A stretch of DNA of 63,600 bases, counting the filler, from Octopus bimaculoides (taxonomy: Eukaryota): NCBI RefSeq assembly GCF_001194135.2. It is 5 parts of 5 records of this genome, joined end to end, with 100 filler letters (N's around TTAATTAATTAA, not from the genome) between each part and the next. Parts side by side here need not be neighbours in the genome. Positions count along the whole stretch, not along the records: positions 1 to 22,158 come from NC_068981.1; 4 more parts are not named here. The stretch is one strand, 5' to 3'. The translations under genes were made by a program, and so were the position numbers. The notes under the pieces were generated by a model. That model made no database searches. It was not told where the DNA came from and worked only from the letters and a program-made list of their open reading frames with translations. How positions within the stretch are numbered: position 1 is the stretch's first letter; the number at the start of each line of letters is the position of its first letter. Below, in pieces: positions 1 to 12,699 of this stretch.

Positions 1-56
1 TATATATATATATATATATATATTCATACATACATATATACATATACATATATACA
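1..56. repeat. (TA)n/(CATA)n microsatellite
   Basis: Direct reading of the sequence. Confidence 0.95.
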
Positions 57-757
57 AATATTTACAGCACTCGCTGACACATTCTATTATCTCTAAACAG
101 TAACTGAATTACATCTGAAATCTACCTGCAATATGATATCTCGTGATATCGACATAATAACAAGTATATTAGTGGCTCGACTGTTCTTCCTCTTATCTAG
201 TATTACCGGTCAGTTTGCCTTCGTGAAAATGCATAGATTCTCTATATACGTTGATCCGTTTAAAGTACATATAATCTGCGGAAGTATATTTTCATAGTGG
301 GCTTTGAATATCTTATCTTGTCTTGGAATTGTTTTAAATAATCCCTAGACAGTTGTTCAATGTTCTCCGCCTCTAAGTCATGACACCTACCCTATCTTAA
401 TTATTTTCGACTACTTTTCTCAACTCGTTGCGCAAGCTGGATTTAGCTGGGAATTTGATATGTCATTCCCATATAGGCGCAACCATAGCCGGATCGTTAA
501 GGACCCTCTTCACAGTGATGACGTTAGGGTACAGACGCACTATGCAGCAATCTACTAATGCGCTGAGCCGACGAAAAATTTGTGAGTGGATTTGATAAGA
601 AAATATTGGAAGCCCATCCTGTATATATGGATATAAGGCGGTGGAATTGCTATGTGGGAACTCGGGCGTTGCTCCGTGATTAGAAGCTTCCTTTCCAACA
701 TAGTTCTGTAACGTTTGGAGCAGGTGTCTTTTTATATAATTATATAAACTCTGCACA

Positions 758-815
758 CCAATGCCTTGTGAGTGGACTTGGTAGACGGAAACTTGAAAAT
801 GGCCGTCTTATATAT
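758..815 (+). mobile_element. SINE family B fragment
   Basis: ccaatgccttgtgagtggacttggtagacggaaac matches the segment seen in fuller copies at 32513-32677 and 53377-53714. Confidence 0.7.
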
Positions 816-1817
816 ACATGGGGAAGCTGAAAAGCTCCTAACTTTGGGTAAAGGAAAATATCGGAGGATCAGTTAATTATAATTTTAATCAACATATTCC
901 CCTCTTAGATTAAAACACACTTATTGCAATGGGCCTTCAGTTTTTCTAAGCCCTGTAAAGAACTCGAAAATTAGGGCCTACAACCACGCCTTTCGCGATA
1001 GCATTAAATCCAGGAACTTTTCAGCACCCCCGTATATGTGTGTCCGTGTGTGCGCGCTTGCATGTATGTAGTTTAATGTACACAATACATAGTTATGTTC
1101 TACTAACATGTGCTTATTATATTGAAGATATTTTGTAGACATCTGTTAAAACACGTCTAATATTTCCAGCAATAAGGCTTTGAGGACATGGCCTATACAC
1201 GTTACAAACCAAGGCGTTGCTCTGAAGTTTACTTGGACACGCTAGGCGTGTTTTAAAATCAACCTGCCCCGAAAATATCCTAAACGCATGAAACTGTCGG
1301 TACCTTATATTTATATACTGTGTACATTAAACAATATTCATCTCTTACCGGAAGGATTACAATTTTTGCCGATTTTACATTAATGCAAAACACAAAGTTT
1401 GCATGTGTGTGTGTGTGTCTTTGTAGTTGTCCAGTACCAGCACCACAACTTGACAACTGCTATTTGATGGTTTATCTTAGACATCCGCCAGGAAGAGGCG
1501 GATAAGTATGAGGCTTAATAGTATTTTCTGGTCGACTAAACCCTGAAAGGAAGTACCCCGGCATTCCAGCAATCTAAAGACTAAAATGTAAAGATAAATT
1601 TAATGGAGTTAAAATGTCGTAAAGGACCTTATTAACATCTACTTAAGCCTCCAATTTTCATAATATCTACATTACAGAAACTCGTATTTAAAGAGAAATT
1701 TTTAAACAACGTTACAGGATATTAGTTTTCCAGATTATGATATGTTAGTAGAAGTTGTATTTTACTACCATCACCATTCGCATTATAAGTATCATCATCA
1801 TCTGTAATAGTAGCTGT

Positions 1818-2036
1818 AAGGTGGCGAGCTGGCAGAATCGTTAGCACACCGAAGAAAATGCTTAACGGTATTTTTGCCCTTTGCTTTGGTCCGAGTTCAA
1901 ATTCCACCGAGGTCGACTTTGCTTTTCATCCTTCGGGGTCGATAGATTGGGTACTAGTAACATACTGGTGTCGATCAAACTGACTGACCCCCTGCCAAGA
2001 AATTTCAGGCCTTGTGCCTATAGTAGAAAGGATTAG
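1818..2036 (+). mobile_element. tRNA-derived SINE family A, full length
   Basis: A-box-like head aaggtggcgagctggcagaatcgttagc and B-box-like gagttcaaattcc. Central gtcgactttgc..catccttcggggtcgat domain and tail tttcaggccttgtgcctatagtagaaagg. Many homologous copies in the window. Confidence 0.85.
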
Positions 2037-2837
2037 TATTGGTAGTAGTAGCAGCAGCAGCAGCACATTCTTCAATAAATGTAGTCCTGTTTTCACAGTG
2101 TTTCTGCAGAAGCCGCTGAAATATCACTTGCATAAACTAATAGTCACATGGGAATTTTAACGAAAGAAAATGAACAGAACATACGAAACAAAAGATGAAA
2201 TGTGCTACAGATAAACAATAAAACAATAAAGCTTACCTAATTTTATTAATCATAAAAGTAACAAAATTACGAATGACGTTATTTAAGGCAATTTCATTTG
2301 TATGGATTTTCTGAAGACTAAAATTGCATTTAAAAAATCTGTGATACATCCTGACAAACTAATTGGCCGTCTCAACATTGTCTAAGATTCAGTTAAATTC
2401 AGTCGTTCTGTTCAATTTTAAAGATGGACGTTATGACTAATAAAGTATTTAGCTACTATTTCAAGCAGGTTAAGTGTACACGTACTGATCCTGTCATCAT
2501 CTCATGACGTACGAGGTGACGTCCATTTACTCAACATAGACTGTATTAACAATTTCATTTAAACTCTCAATACTTAGTGTGGGCTGTGTTCTAATTTATG
2601 GTTACATGCAATCTCTACATTAATTCTTTTAGTCATTGTTATAATTGTTATTATTCAGATTCTTATTGACTCAAATGTTGAGTTATTGTTTCTTTGTTTG
2701 ACGTAATCGATAAATGTTGTGAAACATTTACATCATTGTACATGGGTGTAACTTTCAGATTTTAGCCGTTGTTTATGCTGATATTATTTTCGTGGTTCAT
2801 AACTCTTTGTACCCTAAGCGCAAAGCGTGAAAGTTTG

Positions 2838-3005
2838 GGGAAGGAGGCAAATCAATTACATCGACCCAGTGCTTAGCCGGTATTTAATTTATCGACACCA
2901 AAATGAGGATAGTCAAATCAACCATGGCAGAAATTGAACGCAGAACGAAACGCAGAAGAAATGCTGGTAAGTAACTTGTCATGCGTTACAGCAATTCTGT
3001 CAGTG
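2838..3005 (-). mobile_element. SINE family A, degenerate
   Basis: Reverse complement carries the ggtgtcgataaattaaatacc..gcactgggtcgatgtaattga core and the gcgttcaatttctgcc B-box-like segment. Confidence 0.7.
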
Positions 3006-3945
3006 CGCAGCCTTATTTTCATTTTTATACTGATATTCTTCTTTTGTCTCAGATCATCGTAAATTGATCAAACTTATGAGCAAAACCACAATTATTCTCT
3101 TCCTTGTTTTCTTCAAGTATTGTATATTTCTGTTTCTTCTTGAGACATAAGTTTAAAAACGACTTTTGCTGAATCTCTCTTGAGTTGACACTAACTTACT
3201 TTTAGGTAGTTCTAGCAATATAACATGTACGTTTGTTGCCTATCCATGCGTTTTATATCATCTATTCACAATAGTCACAATAGTGTATGGTTCGATAATC
3301 AGGGACACAGGAAATCATGTGGATATTTGGATCACACACACAAACACAAACACACACACACACACACGTATGAATGTATTGCTAAGATAAGTGACAATAG
3401 ATCTCGTCAAGATGGATTTCCTTGTCTAATACCCGAAATTTGCAAAGCCTTCGCAGGGCTCTGTTGAGTTGAGTGTCACTGAGTTAAAGGGCAAGGAACT
3501 GACGATGCAGGATGAAAGGCCTACTTGTTCAACTAGGGGAGATTGAGAAGTACTAGAACACTGTAGAGAATGATGCTTATCAGTGTAAGCACATCATCTG
3601 TGAGAGAAATGTATTTTATCTGCTAGGCGAAGATTTCGACCGAAAAATTGAGGATTAGTTTTTTCCTGCACAATATAGCATTACTTCTATACAGTACTTA
3701 ATTTTTGCTATTATTTCCTGTCAGCACCCTGTTGGAAGTTCTATCGTAAATTTCAACGTATTTTATCCTCATTTTAGTCGTAAAATTATTCCAAGAAAGG
3801 AGATCCTTTCACAATCATTTCTCAAAGCATATCAAACAGGCTTGAGGCAAATTATCTATTGTCAAATCCACACATTTGACAACGTCTTGAAATTTATAGT
3901 TCAATAATCATCTGGACATACAATCGTTATTTATAATAATCGACT

Positions 3946-4280
3946 TAGGTGCAGGAGTGTCTGTGTAGTACGAAGTTTCCATCCAAATATCATTGTTCTG
4001 GGTTCAGTTGCAATGCGTGGTACATTGGCGAAATGTCTTCTATAGACAAGGGTAGACCAAAGCCTTGCGAATAGATATGGTAGACGGAAACTGAAAGAAA
4101 TGTATCGTGTATAAAGATATATATATATCTGTGTATATGTGTGTTTGTCCCCACCGCCGCTTGACAACCGATAGAATAAGTATTAGTTTCTTTTAAAAAA
4201 CCTACTGGGGTCGAATCCTTCGAGGTGGTGCCCTAACAGTGCCGCAATCTAATGGTTGAAACAAGTAAGGGATAAAAGGT
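3946..4280 (+). mobile_element. Composite SINE (family B head/core, internal TA/TG microsatellite, D-type tail)
   Basis: Head taggtgcaggagtg, then gtagacggaaactgaaagaa, (TA)/(TG) run, gcttgacaaccgat and tail tgaaacaagtaagggataaaag. Same order as the minus-strand copy at 53377-53714. Confidence 0.75.
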
Positions 4281-4345
4281 ACAATATTGTGTTCAGAGTT
4301 TTACAGACAGTCTTCAAAACAAAATCTACTTTCCTAGTAGAAGTG

Positions 4346-4405
<60 letters not shown>

Positions 4406-4442
4406 ATAGTAGCAGCAGCAGTAGTAGTAGTAGTAGTAGTAG
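4346..4442. repeat. (AGT)n trinucleotide microsatellite
   Basis: Direct reading; explains the poly-T, poly-V and poly-Y ORFs. Confidence 0.95.
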
Positions 4443-6664
4443 TTCTTGTTGTAGTGTTCAAATAGTATCTGTGTAGGTTTAAGTAGATGGATGATAGAAT
4501 CTGTCATCCATTTTAATTGTTCTAGTAAACTCCCCTCATATCTTGATGGTTTTATCCATCCTGCCAATTAAGAAATAGTTTGCACTAATAAATTTATCTA
4601 GCAAGATATAGCATATTGAAACCATAGTCGAGGTCATATCATCTTTAATATGGCTAAGACTTAAAATATGTAAAATTTAGTGCGATATTTCAAATGAATT
4701 TACTTGTGTACAGTTCAAATATTCCAGTTGGTTATATCGTTCAACTAATACTATGTAAGATACATGTGTACAGTAAGATAAGAGATTTGAATTTCTTGGA
4801 CATTGACGTAGCGTATCGAATGCAGCTAAATAATCAAATTATTTACTGTTAGAACCTTAATCTGACAGGTTAGCAACACCGCTGTATGCAGACTCTACAG
4901 ATAACGTAATCTATTAAATTAAGAAGCGTGCGACGGAGATATGCTGTCCAATTTCTGTACATGCTTAGTTTTGCACATATTAAATTTTGCTGTGGTGATA
5001 GTTTTAGGTTAAAATTCAAGTTAATGAGAGCATGTGATTGCGTATCGTGACTTCAATATTCTTTTGCATCTCATTTTGCTTAGTATAGATTAGCCATGTA
5101 TTTCACCATTCTGATGCATGCTCTCATACGAATATTGTTAATTGTACATTTATAAGGAAACTAGAAATCGTTAAAATCTAGTTATTGATAATTCAATCTC
5201 ACATTAGGACTAGATTTACATACACGTTGATTATGCCAATTGCTCTATGCTGTAATAAATATTTCATGTTAGTTGTATATTTGCTTATGACTGATGCGTT
5301 GCTAATTATCGTTGTGAAGTTGCATGATGATTTCTGTTATGGAATATAAAATATACAACGAGCAAGTGGCTTCCGTGTTACCTTCTATTAGCAAAATGTA
5401 CAGTATTTTCCATATGTCTGTTTCAATATTGTTGTCGAAATGCAGAATCTGTAATAAACTTATAATTTTGTGAAATTTCTATGATGGCTCCACTTACATT
5501 TCAAACGAGTTCTGTTTAATTTTCCAATTTATTATTTTTTTTTTCAAAAGTTTCCATTTTTTCAAACTGTCTCGGACGGATGCTTTTTCCAGTATAAAGA
5601 TGAAATCGGCTTTAAGGAAATTGTTGAAATGTTACATAATACAGCGCATAAAATACTTATCAACACATACATGCACACACAAGCACTGACACACACACAG
5701 CCGTACACATATATTACACACACACACATAGAAAAAAAGTTGCATACACACAGACATAAGTTTCCTTTCTATGAGTATATCGATCCGTGGAGGATCCTAT
5801 TTGTTTACAATTATGCGCACAGCAATATATTAAAGCAGATTTCTTCTAATAACTTCTAAAAACCCGATCACCAGTCCTTAGTAGTGTACGCTAGTTCCTA
5901 TTGTTTTCAAAGCGGTTTTTGGCTATATCTATTCCCCTAACTAGTTTCCATCACACGATAATGTGGTCCTCAAATTTAGAAAAGAAATTCATAACACCAA
6001 ATTTAAAAACTAAGCACCAGAAAGACTACTATGTAAGTCTTATCTATTTAAGAAAACGTCTTGCATGCACAAATCTATGAAAATCATTATTAAGTAATTA
6101 ATACTGTTTAAAAATAAACACCTTGCAATGGCAACAACTACTAAGTGTGCACAACTAAAAGAACCATATACAGCAAATCTCGAAATGACTTGTACCACAT
6201 CGAATTAGGACGAAGTTAGGGCCAACACCATAGCTCTATGAAGATGCAACGCCTCACAATTTGATATATTTGCTGTCCACTAGCGAGAATGCAATTAAAA
6301 GAAGCAAACACCTGTACTCGCTTGCCGTGTCATGCAGAAATACAAATAAACGATAGAAATGTTGAAGTAAAAAAGTTTTCCTGACTTGTGAAACACTGAA
6401 CAATAAAACACAAGAGAGAAATTAAACAAATACAAGAAACACATCTCTATTCAATATAAAGAACGAAGGTGTGTCAATGCTATATAACCACAACCTACAA
6501 TAAAGGGGGAATAACCATCAAACGAAATAGTCATTCACCACTACTTATACAGGTATATTTTTTAAGTAAGCAGCAACAAGATGAAGCGAACAAATAAAAT
6601 AACATGTCGATAGAAATATAATAAATTATCAAGTGTAAAATTGATTACAAGTCATATCTTACTA

Positions 6665-7130
6665 TCGGGTTGGCAACTAAATTCCCGCGGTTTTTCAAAT
6701 TTTGGAATTTATTGCGTCTTTAAATTTTGCAATCTATGTTTTTCGAAAATTCTAGTTTTGAATAATTTTGGAATCTATTTTGTTTATTTTCTAGTTAACT
6801 TTAGTTAATTTTTATTTATTTTCAGGTCATTAAAATGGAATGTGAAGATAAGAAAGACGAGCATTTTCGACACCTCCTTCTTTTTGATTTTAATTAAGGT
6901 TCTAAGGCGGCAAAAGCTGTTCGAAGCATTTGTGCTGTGCATGGAGAGGGTGCAATATCTGAAAGAACCGCTCGTAATTGGTATTCCCGGTTCAAAAATG
7001 GAAATCTTGACCTCAAAGACGCACCTCGTTCTGGCCGTCTAGTTGAGTTCGATGAAGAGCGATTAAACCAACTTTTGCACGAAAATTCTCGTCCAACGAC
7101 AAAAATGCGAAAAAGTATGATTATTTAGTG
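6665..7130 (+). mobile_element. Mariner (Tc1/mariner) 5' remnant with TIR and pseudogenised transposase N-terminus
   Basis: TA at 6663-6664 is followed by TIR-like TCGGGTTGGCAACTAAATTCCCGCGG. ATG at 6835 gives MECEDKKDEHFRHLLLFDFN*GSKAAKAVRSICAVHGEGAISERTARNWYSRFKNGNLDLKDAPRSGR (mariner HTH region, stop at 6895-6897). No right TIR seen. Confidence 0.9.
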
Positions 7131-7303
7131 GATGTTTGGTTTTGTATTAATAAATCACATTTGATTTTTTTTGGTTGAAATTCTGGCGACGAGGATTAAC
7201 TCCGAATTCACCCCACCCCTACACCGTATAGTTTGTGAATTTAGAGGGTTGAGATTTGCGATACTATCCCTCTATTTACCATCGTAGATGGGAAGGTTTT
7301 CTA

Positions 7304-8451
7304 TCTTTCTATAATGGGTGTTATGACCGTCTGCCTGTATATCTGTCCTTCTGTTTGTGTTTTCTTTTCACGGCCAGGCGGCTAGACCAATGGTTGCGAT
7401 ATTTTTCAAGATGACAAGGACGGTCATCAGAAAGGTTTTGAGCATTAAAAGCTATCAGAAAGTATGATTACTTCGTGGATATCGATTTCTAAATTAATAA
7501 ACCACTTTCACATTTTTATTAAAAATTCACCGACCATGAGTAACTCTGGATTTTCGTCGTATACTTCCTGACTTCATCGTAGATACGAAGGGGGTTGCGA
7601 GGACGGTTAATGGCGACAATAAAATGGATAAAGGTATGTCAGTATATAGTGTGTGTAATTATTTAGTGGTTATTGAAGTTTGTCACTCTCGAGCAGGATT
7701 CGAAACGACTGCTATTTACACAAAGTTTTGTGAATCAAAATAACCCATTGTACCAGAATATCCAGACATTATTCGCATAGAACAGCGACAGGTTGGGCTT
7801 AGTTTGATTTTTGCAGGCTCGAAGATCCGCTCGCGCATTCACAGCCAGCAAAGTACAGTGCCAAAGTTAAGATCCTGTAGGTATACTTCTACCTACTCCG
7901 ATGTTTACACACGGCCAGTTATACGTCGCTGTGAGTAGAGCAACGAACTCCAGTAATTTGAAAATTAGTGTCAAGCAAAACAGAAAATATCATCTACGAA
8001 GAAGTTTTGTAATCATATTGAGATTATCGAAAGGAACTCGATTCATAATTTAAATGAGGAAATTTGTCACCTTTTTATGTAAGAGTATAAACGAGCGCAA
8101 AACAGTGTAAACAAATGAAGTAAAAATATACCTAAATAACATTTTTTTCTTAATACTTTATATGTAGTGGTCGAAAGAAGCACTGGTTTTCGTTAAGAGT
8201 GGTCCACATAACCATTCATGATACAGAGTCTGAGAGCCTATTTCAGTTCGGGTGTGAATCGCCATCACGTCACTTAGTCGCAAATACGTTGTATAGCTGA
8301 ATAACATGCTGTATCACCAACAATAATGCGATTTCTCTAAGACATCACCAAGTAATCTATCAAGTCCATTTACACATTTCTCCATACATATTGTTGTTAT
8401 GACTTCCCTCGCTCACTATATGCCTTCATCGTAGAGGGGTAAGTTTTCTAG
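7304..8451 (+). mobile_element. Internally deleted Helitron with PIF1 helicase C-terminal remnant
   Basis: 5' TC at 7304. Positions 7835-8012 translate as AFTASKVQCQS*DPVGILLPTPMFTHGQLYVAVSRATNSSNLKI and (shifted) TENIIYEEVL*, matching the Helitron helicase end. An imperfect hairpin precedes CTAG|T at 8448-8452. Confidence 0.85.
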
Positions 8452-11400
8452 TATATATAATTATATATTCATAGATCAATTTAAATGGTTTCAGTTTGCT
8501 GTTGTAAAAGTTTTTAATAACAGATATACATGAAGTCCATCCGCTTTTGTACGAAGACGAACAGCAAAGGTTGAGTGCGTTTACAACCTTAACTAGTGAC
8601 ACTAATCTAAAAATAAATAAATATTGATTCCTACAGTCATTTGCCAATTAAGATTCCTACATAACAAGGGAATAAACAAATTAGTTTCCCTCTAACGAAT
8701 CGACTATGGGTGAAAATTTTTGAGAAGAAGAAATGGGAAACTGGATCGTTGAACATTCCCTACATTATTTTAGTATAGGGAAGCTGAATCAGTTATGATT
8801 TGAAAGTGAATTATGATATTTTCTTGTAATTAATAACGTGCTTTACAAGATTGGAAAGGAAATGTAATATTTTATCCGTTCTTTTCCCGATTCATAACAG
8901 CAGTGAAAACAAACAAATCATTATGTTAAACTGTATTACATTCTCAGTTTGAAATTAATATTATCTTAAAAGTTGTTCAATTTATATTAAGAGAGAAAAA
9001 AAATCTTACTGAAAGGCTTTGAATGTACATCACAATTTATTAAACATTAATATAAGGCACACCCACAATTACTTTGATTAGCTCAATTACATCATGAAAT
9101 TTAAAGGCCTCTTCTGTCTATAACAATATACCTAGGTGAATGAACAAAACAGTTACTTTTGCATAAATTTAAGAAACTAAATTTACTGAGAAAGTTACTT
9201 AGACACAACTGAATTCAAAAGATATTAAAAGTAAGAGTTTATCTTAAATAGTTGGTTTTATTAAAGTTGAACTAGTAATTAATTTAATTTTCGCGTTGGC
9301 CATTTTTAGCACTGTTGCGTCATCACATACACGCTTCGGAAATCGATGTTCATCGTGAGATCTATATTGTCAATTGAAACATTTCTTTTAACTCGCTCTT
9401 CATACATTTCGCACTGATCGAAACACGTAGGAATAGCAACTGCATCGATGCCGATGACACGTCGGCAGAATCATTTGGTTGTCGGACAGAAAGATTTTCG
9501 GGATTCCTTCCGGTTCTTTTTTAGTTTAAAATCTCCTCGAAATCAACTTCGTCTCTCCATCCATCAGGGTCGAGAAAATAAGATACCTGTCATGTATTGG
9601 AGAGGATGGATTTGATTAAGCTTGTCCTCTCAAAGTTGCTAATCGTGTACCTAATAAGGAACAATTGTTAACGCTATAATTACTTAGGACCTGAGAAAAC
9701 TGATGACCCTAGATTCAGCAATGCAAGATTGATTTCCTAAATTTTGCGTTGTCTTTTGCTTTCTGTATTCAAATTTGCTAAATCTTTGCGGATCTGTACG
9801 TTTCTTATAATTCAATATCAGTGTATGAGTGAATGAAAATTGAGAGGGGAAAAGAAGCGAAGAAAACTTAGGTTTTGATCAAATTTATTCCAGATGTGCG
9901 AACAACAAATAATGGTATAATGATAATATCAGTTTACAGCATTTTTTAACTAAAATAGTTATAATAAAGGGATAACATCTTTAGCACACTTAAATAATTA
10001 ATTATTAGGCGATATATTATCATAAATATCGTCCTTGTTGTTAGGTTACAATCTGGTGTCATGTTCGTGGACATTGTCCATCGTATTGTCCTTGGTTTGC
10101 GGTAATCTGTACCAAGCTTTGAACGGTTAGTGCTGGTTAATTTTACTAATTTGTCTTTAATGAATACTTGCTTATTTAATCTATGTACTTTTGCTGTATT
10201 ATCATGTATCCTAGTTTTACAGCTATTGAAGTTATTTTGGTGTTAATATCTACATATCAAATGGTATTAAATTCATAGCAATGAAAATGCTGGTTATACT
10301 TTTATAGTTTTGAAAGCAACATCCTTTCCAAGGACGTTTGTTTCCGTCTGTCTGAATTACAACTGATTTTATAACCGACGCAATAAAGTTTCGAAAGTAA
10401 GAGAATCAGCAAAGTACTTGATAAAATATTTACCGATATTTGTTACAGTGCTTCGCCACTCATTTCAAATGCAGTTTATCTGCTTCCGCGCGTTGTTAAA
10501 ATATGTACTATACAGTGTGTTGACATGTAACTATTAAGTTGCGAGTGATAATGAAACGTTGGGGTCACCAATTTTAATGGCTAAGAAAGTCGAGTATCGC
10601 CAATTTTAATGGTATATTTGGTTAATGATTATTAGTTTGATGGCGGTTAAGCGTGGTAATTTAGAAGGCTACATTTGTACAAAGACTGTAAGTTGCATTA
10701 ATGGTTTCAGGAGTCTTTGAAATATATTTACAGAAGAAAGAAGTTCAAACTTAACATCCTTTTATTGAACTGTTACCAAGATTAATCGCAACTGCTGAGA
10801 CGTAAAGAAATAGATTACAAATTTTACTGTTTGAAAAACTATTTTCTTTGTATTTGTAGCAGGCTTACTATTTACTAAGCGACTGAGGGAAAAGGAGATA
10901 CGCAGAGAGAGAAAAAAGAAAGAGAGGGAGAGAGAGGAGGGAATGATAACGCTGACAGTTTCTGAATGAAGAGAATGCTTGGTTACAATAAAAATTTACT
11001 GAGTTATCTGGGTTGAACTGAATTTGACAGTTGTTACTTACGAATTTCGAGTGCAAACTGTGTAAAATGGAAAGTAACATGCTGGAGCATTTAGATGAAG
11101 GTTTCAATTCCGAGTTGAGGATTCAGTTCCTATACCTTAGAGGTATATTAAATCTGCCCTCACCAAAATGCGTAGAATCAAAAGCATCTTAAGCATCTCC
11201 GACTGGAAGGAAATATTGCATTTTATACGTTAATCTTAGCAGAGATGACGGGCGAAGCTCTAACCCAAGCACTCAAGAATTTACGAATTAAATCTACGGT
11301 TATTTTCAGGGATCATCGGTGAAGTTAGTGACAATATGGGAATTCAATTGTTAATGGGATTTTTTTCCCTTTTAAACGGCACATTGAGAAATTAATTTTT

Positions 11401-11907
11401 TCCATTAATACTGTTTAATATTTCTTTTTATTTTATGGGATGAATAACTAGTCTTTTTATTTAATTTCTTTGATTATACAACATTGTTAATTGTTTTAAT
11501 ATGACTTTAGTTATTTAAAGTTTAATTTTTCATTCATAATAACATTTTCATTCATATTTTTATATCTCTCTATTCTATTCCTTTTTATTACGCAATATTT
11601 TCACGAGACTTCTTTTAAATAAAAGTTTTAGTCTAAAATCTTCTAGTTTAAATTGTTGCCTCGTTTAGATATGTGCTACTTCTATCTTTATTATTTTAAC
11701 CTAAAACTTCGTTCAAATTGTATTTTAAACGAAAAATTCGTTAAAATTTATTTTTGCATATAATATTCCTGTTAGCTTGTATTATAATGGATGCAGTCTT
11801 GATTAATGAATGTTTATAATTTTTATATTTCTAATAATATTTTTCTATCTTAATATAAGTATTTTACATACATTCATTTGTTATTTATGCTGGTTGATAT
11901 ATACATT

Positions 11908-11908
11908 C

Positions 11909-11945
<37 letters not shown>
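11908..11945. repeat. (TTA)n microsatellite within a very AT-rich tract (~11340-12260)
   Basis: Direct reading. Confidence 0.9.
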
Positions 11946-11946
<1 letters not shown>

Positions 11947-12699
11947 TTTAACCTGAACATTAGCTATATTTCTGAATAGAATTGATTTTCGATCGATAGT
12001 TTTAATGAATTTAAATTTTCTTTCTGTTTGAAAATTGGTTATGAAACACGAGTAGTCGATTTATTATCGTTATTTTATGATATTTACTTTGTATTATATT
12101 AGACCTATTTATTGTGCTTTTACTTATTAATTTTTCTATATGTGACAGCGGATTTTCATCGATGAGTTCATGAATCTTGGTTCTTTTCCATAAATATATA
12201 TTATACTGTAAAACTTAATTTAATTTTAATTTTTAATAAATTGAACTTAATTGAGTTTTTACNNNNNNNNNNATATATATAATTACAATTAAATCATCGA
12301 CTGGTAATACGCTGTTTCACAATTATTCGTGCTCAGAATTACACTCCCATATCTATATAATACTTTGACCGTTATATATTAATGCAATATCATCTAAGTC
12401 ATTTCTAAAAAGATATGCATCCTACTAATCGAGCGCCGGAGGAGTTCTACATCGAGGAGCGATTTCTTGACATATCGTGCTGTTCTACATTTTCATTTCT
12501 CGCCTGCAAATTGCCTTATTTAATTACAAAGCCAATGACCTGCAGTAAATTTGAATAGCTATCATACATTGGTTGTCCATTCAAAATGCAAATATTTCTC
12601 ATTTGTATGTGTTCAAAACAGTTAAAAGCAATAAAAAGTGTCAATTACAAAATTACAGTTTTGTTGCTGCTATAAAAAAATTCGGCGAACTTTCGTTTA

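Noticed and set aside
5382-5447. Possible minus-strand micro-exon (ILHFDNNIETDIWKILYILLIE)
   Set aside because: It is isolated, has a weak donor (gtaaca) and no partner exons or recognisable peptide.
10870-11340. Purine-rich, coding-looking stretch before a long AT-rich tract
   Set aside because: There are stops in all frames within short distances and no recognisable motif; I could not tie it to the ORF1-only family.
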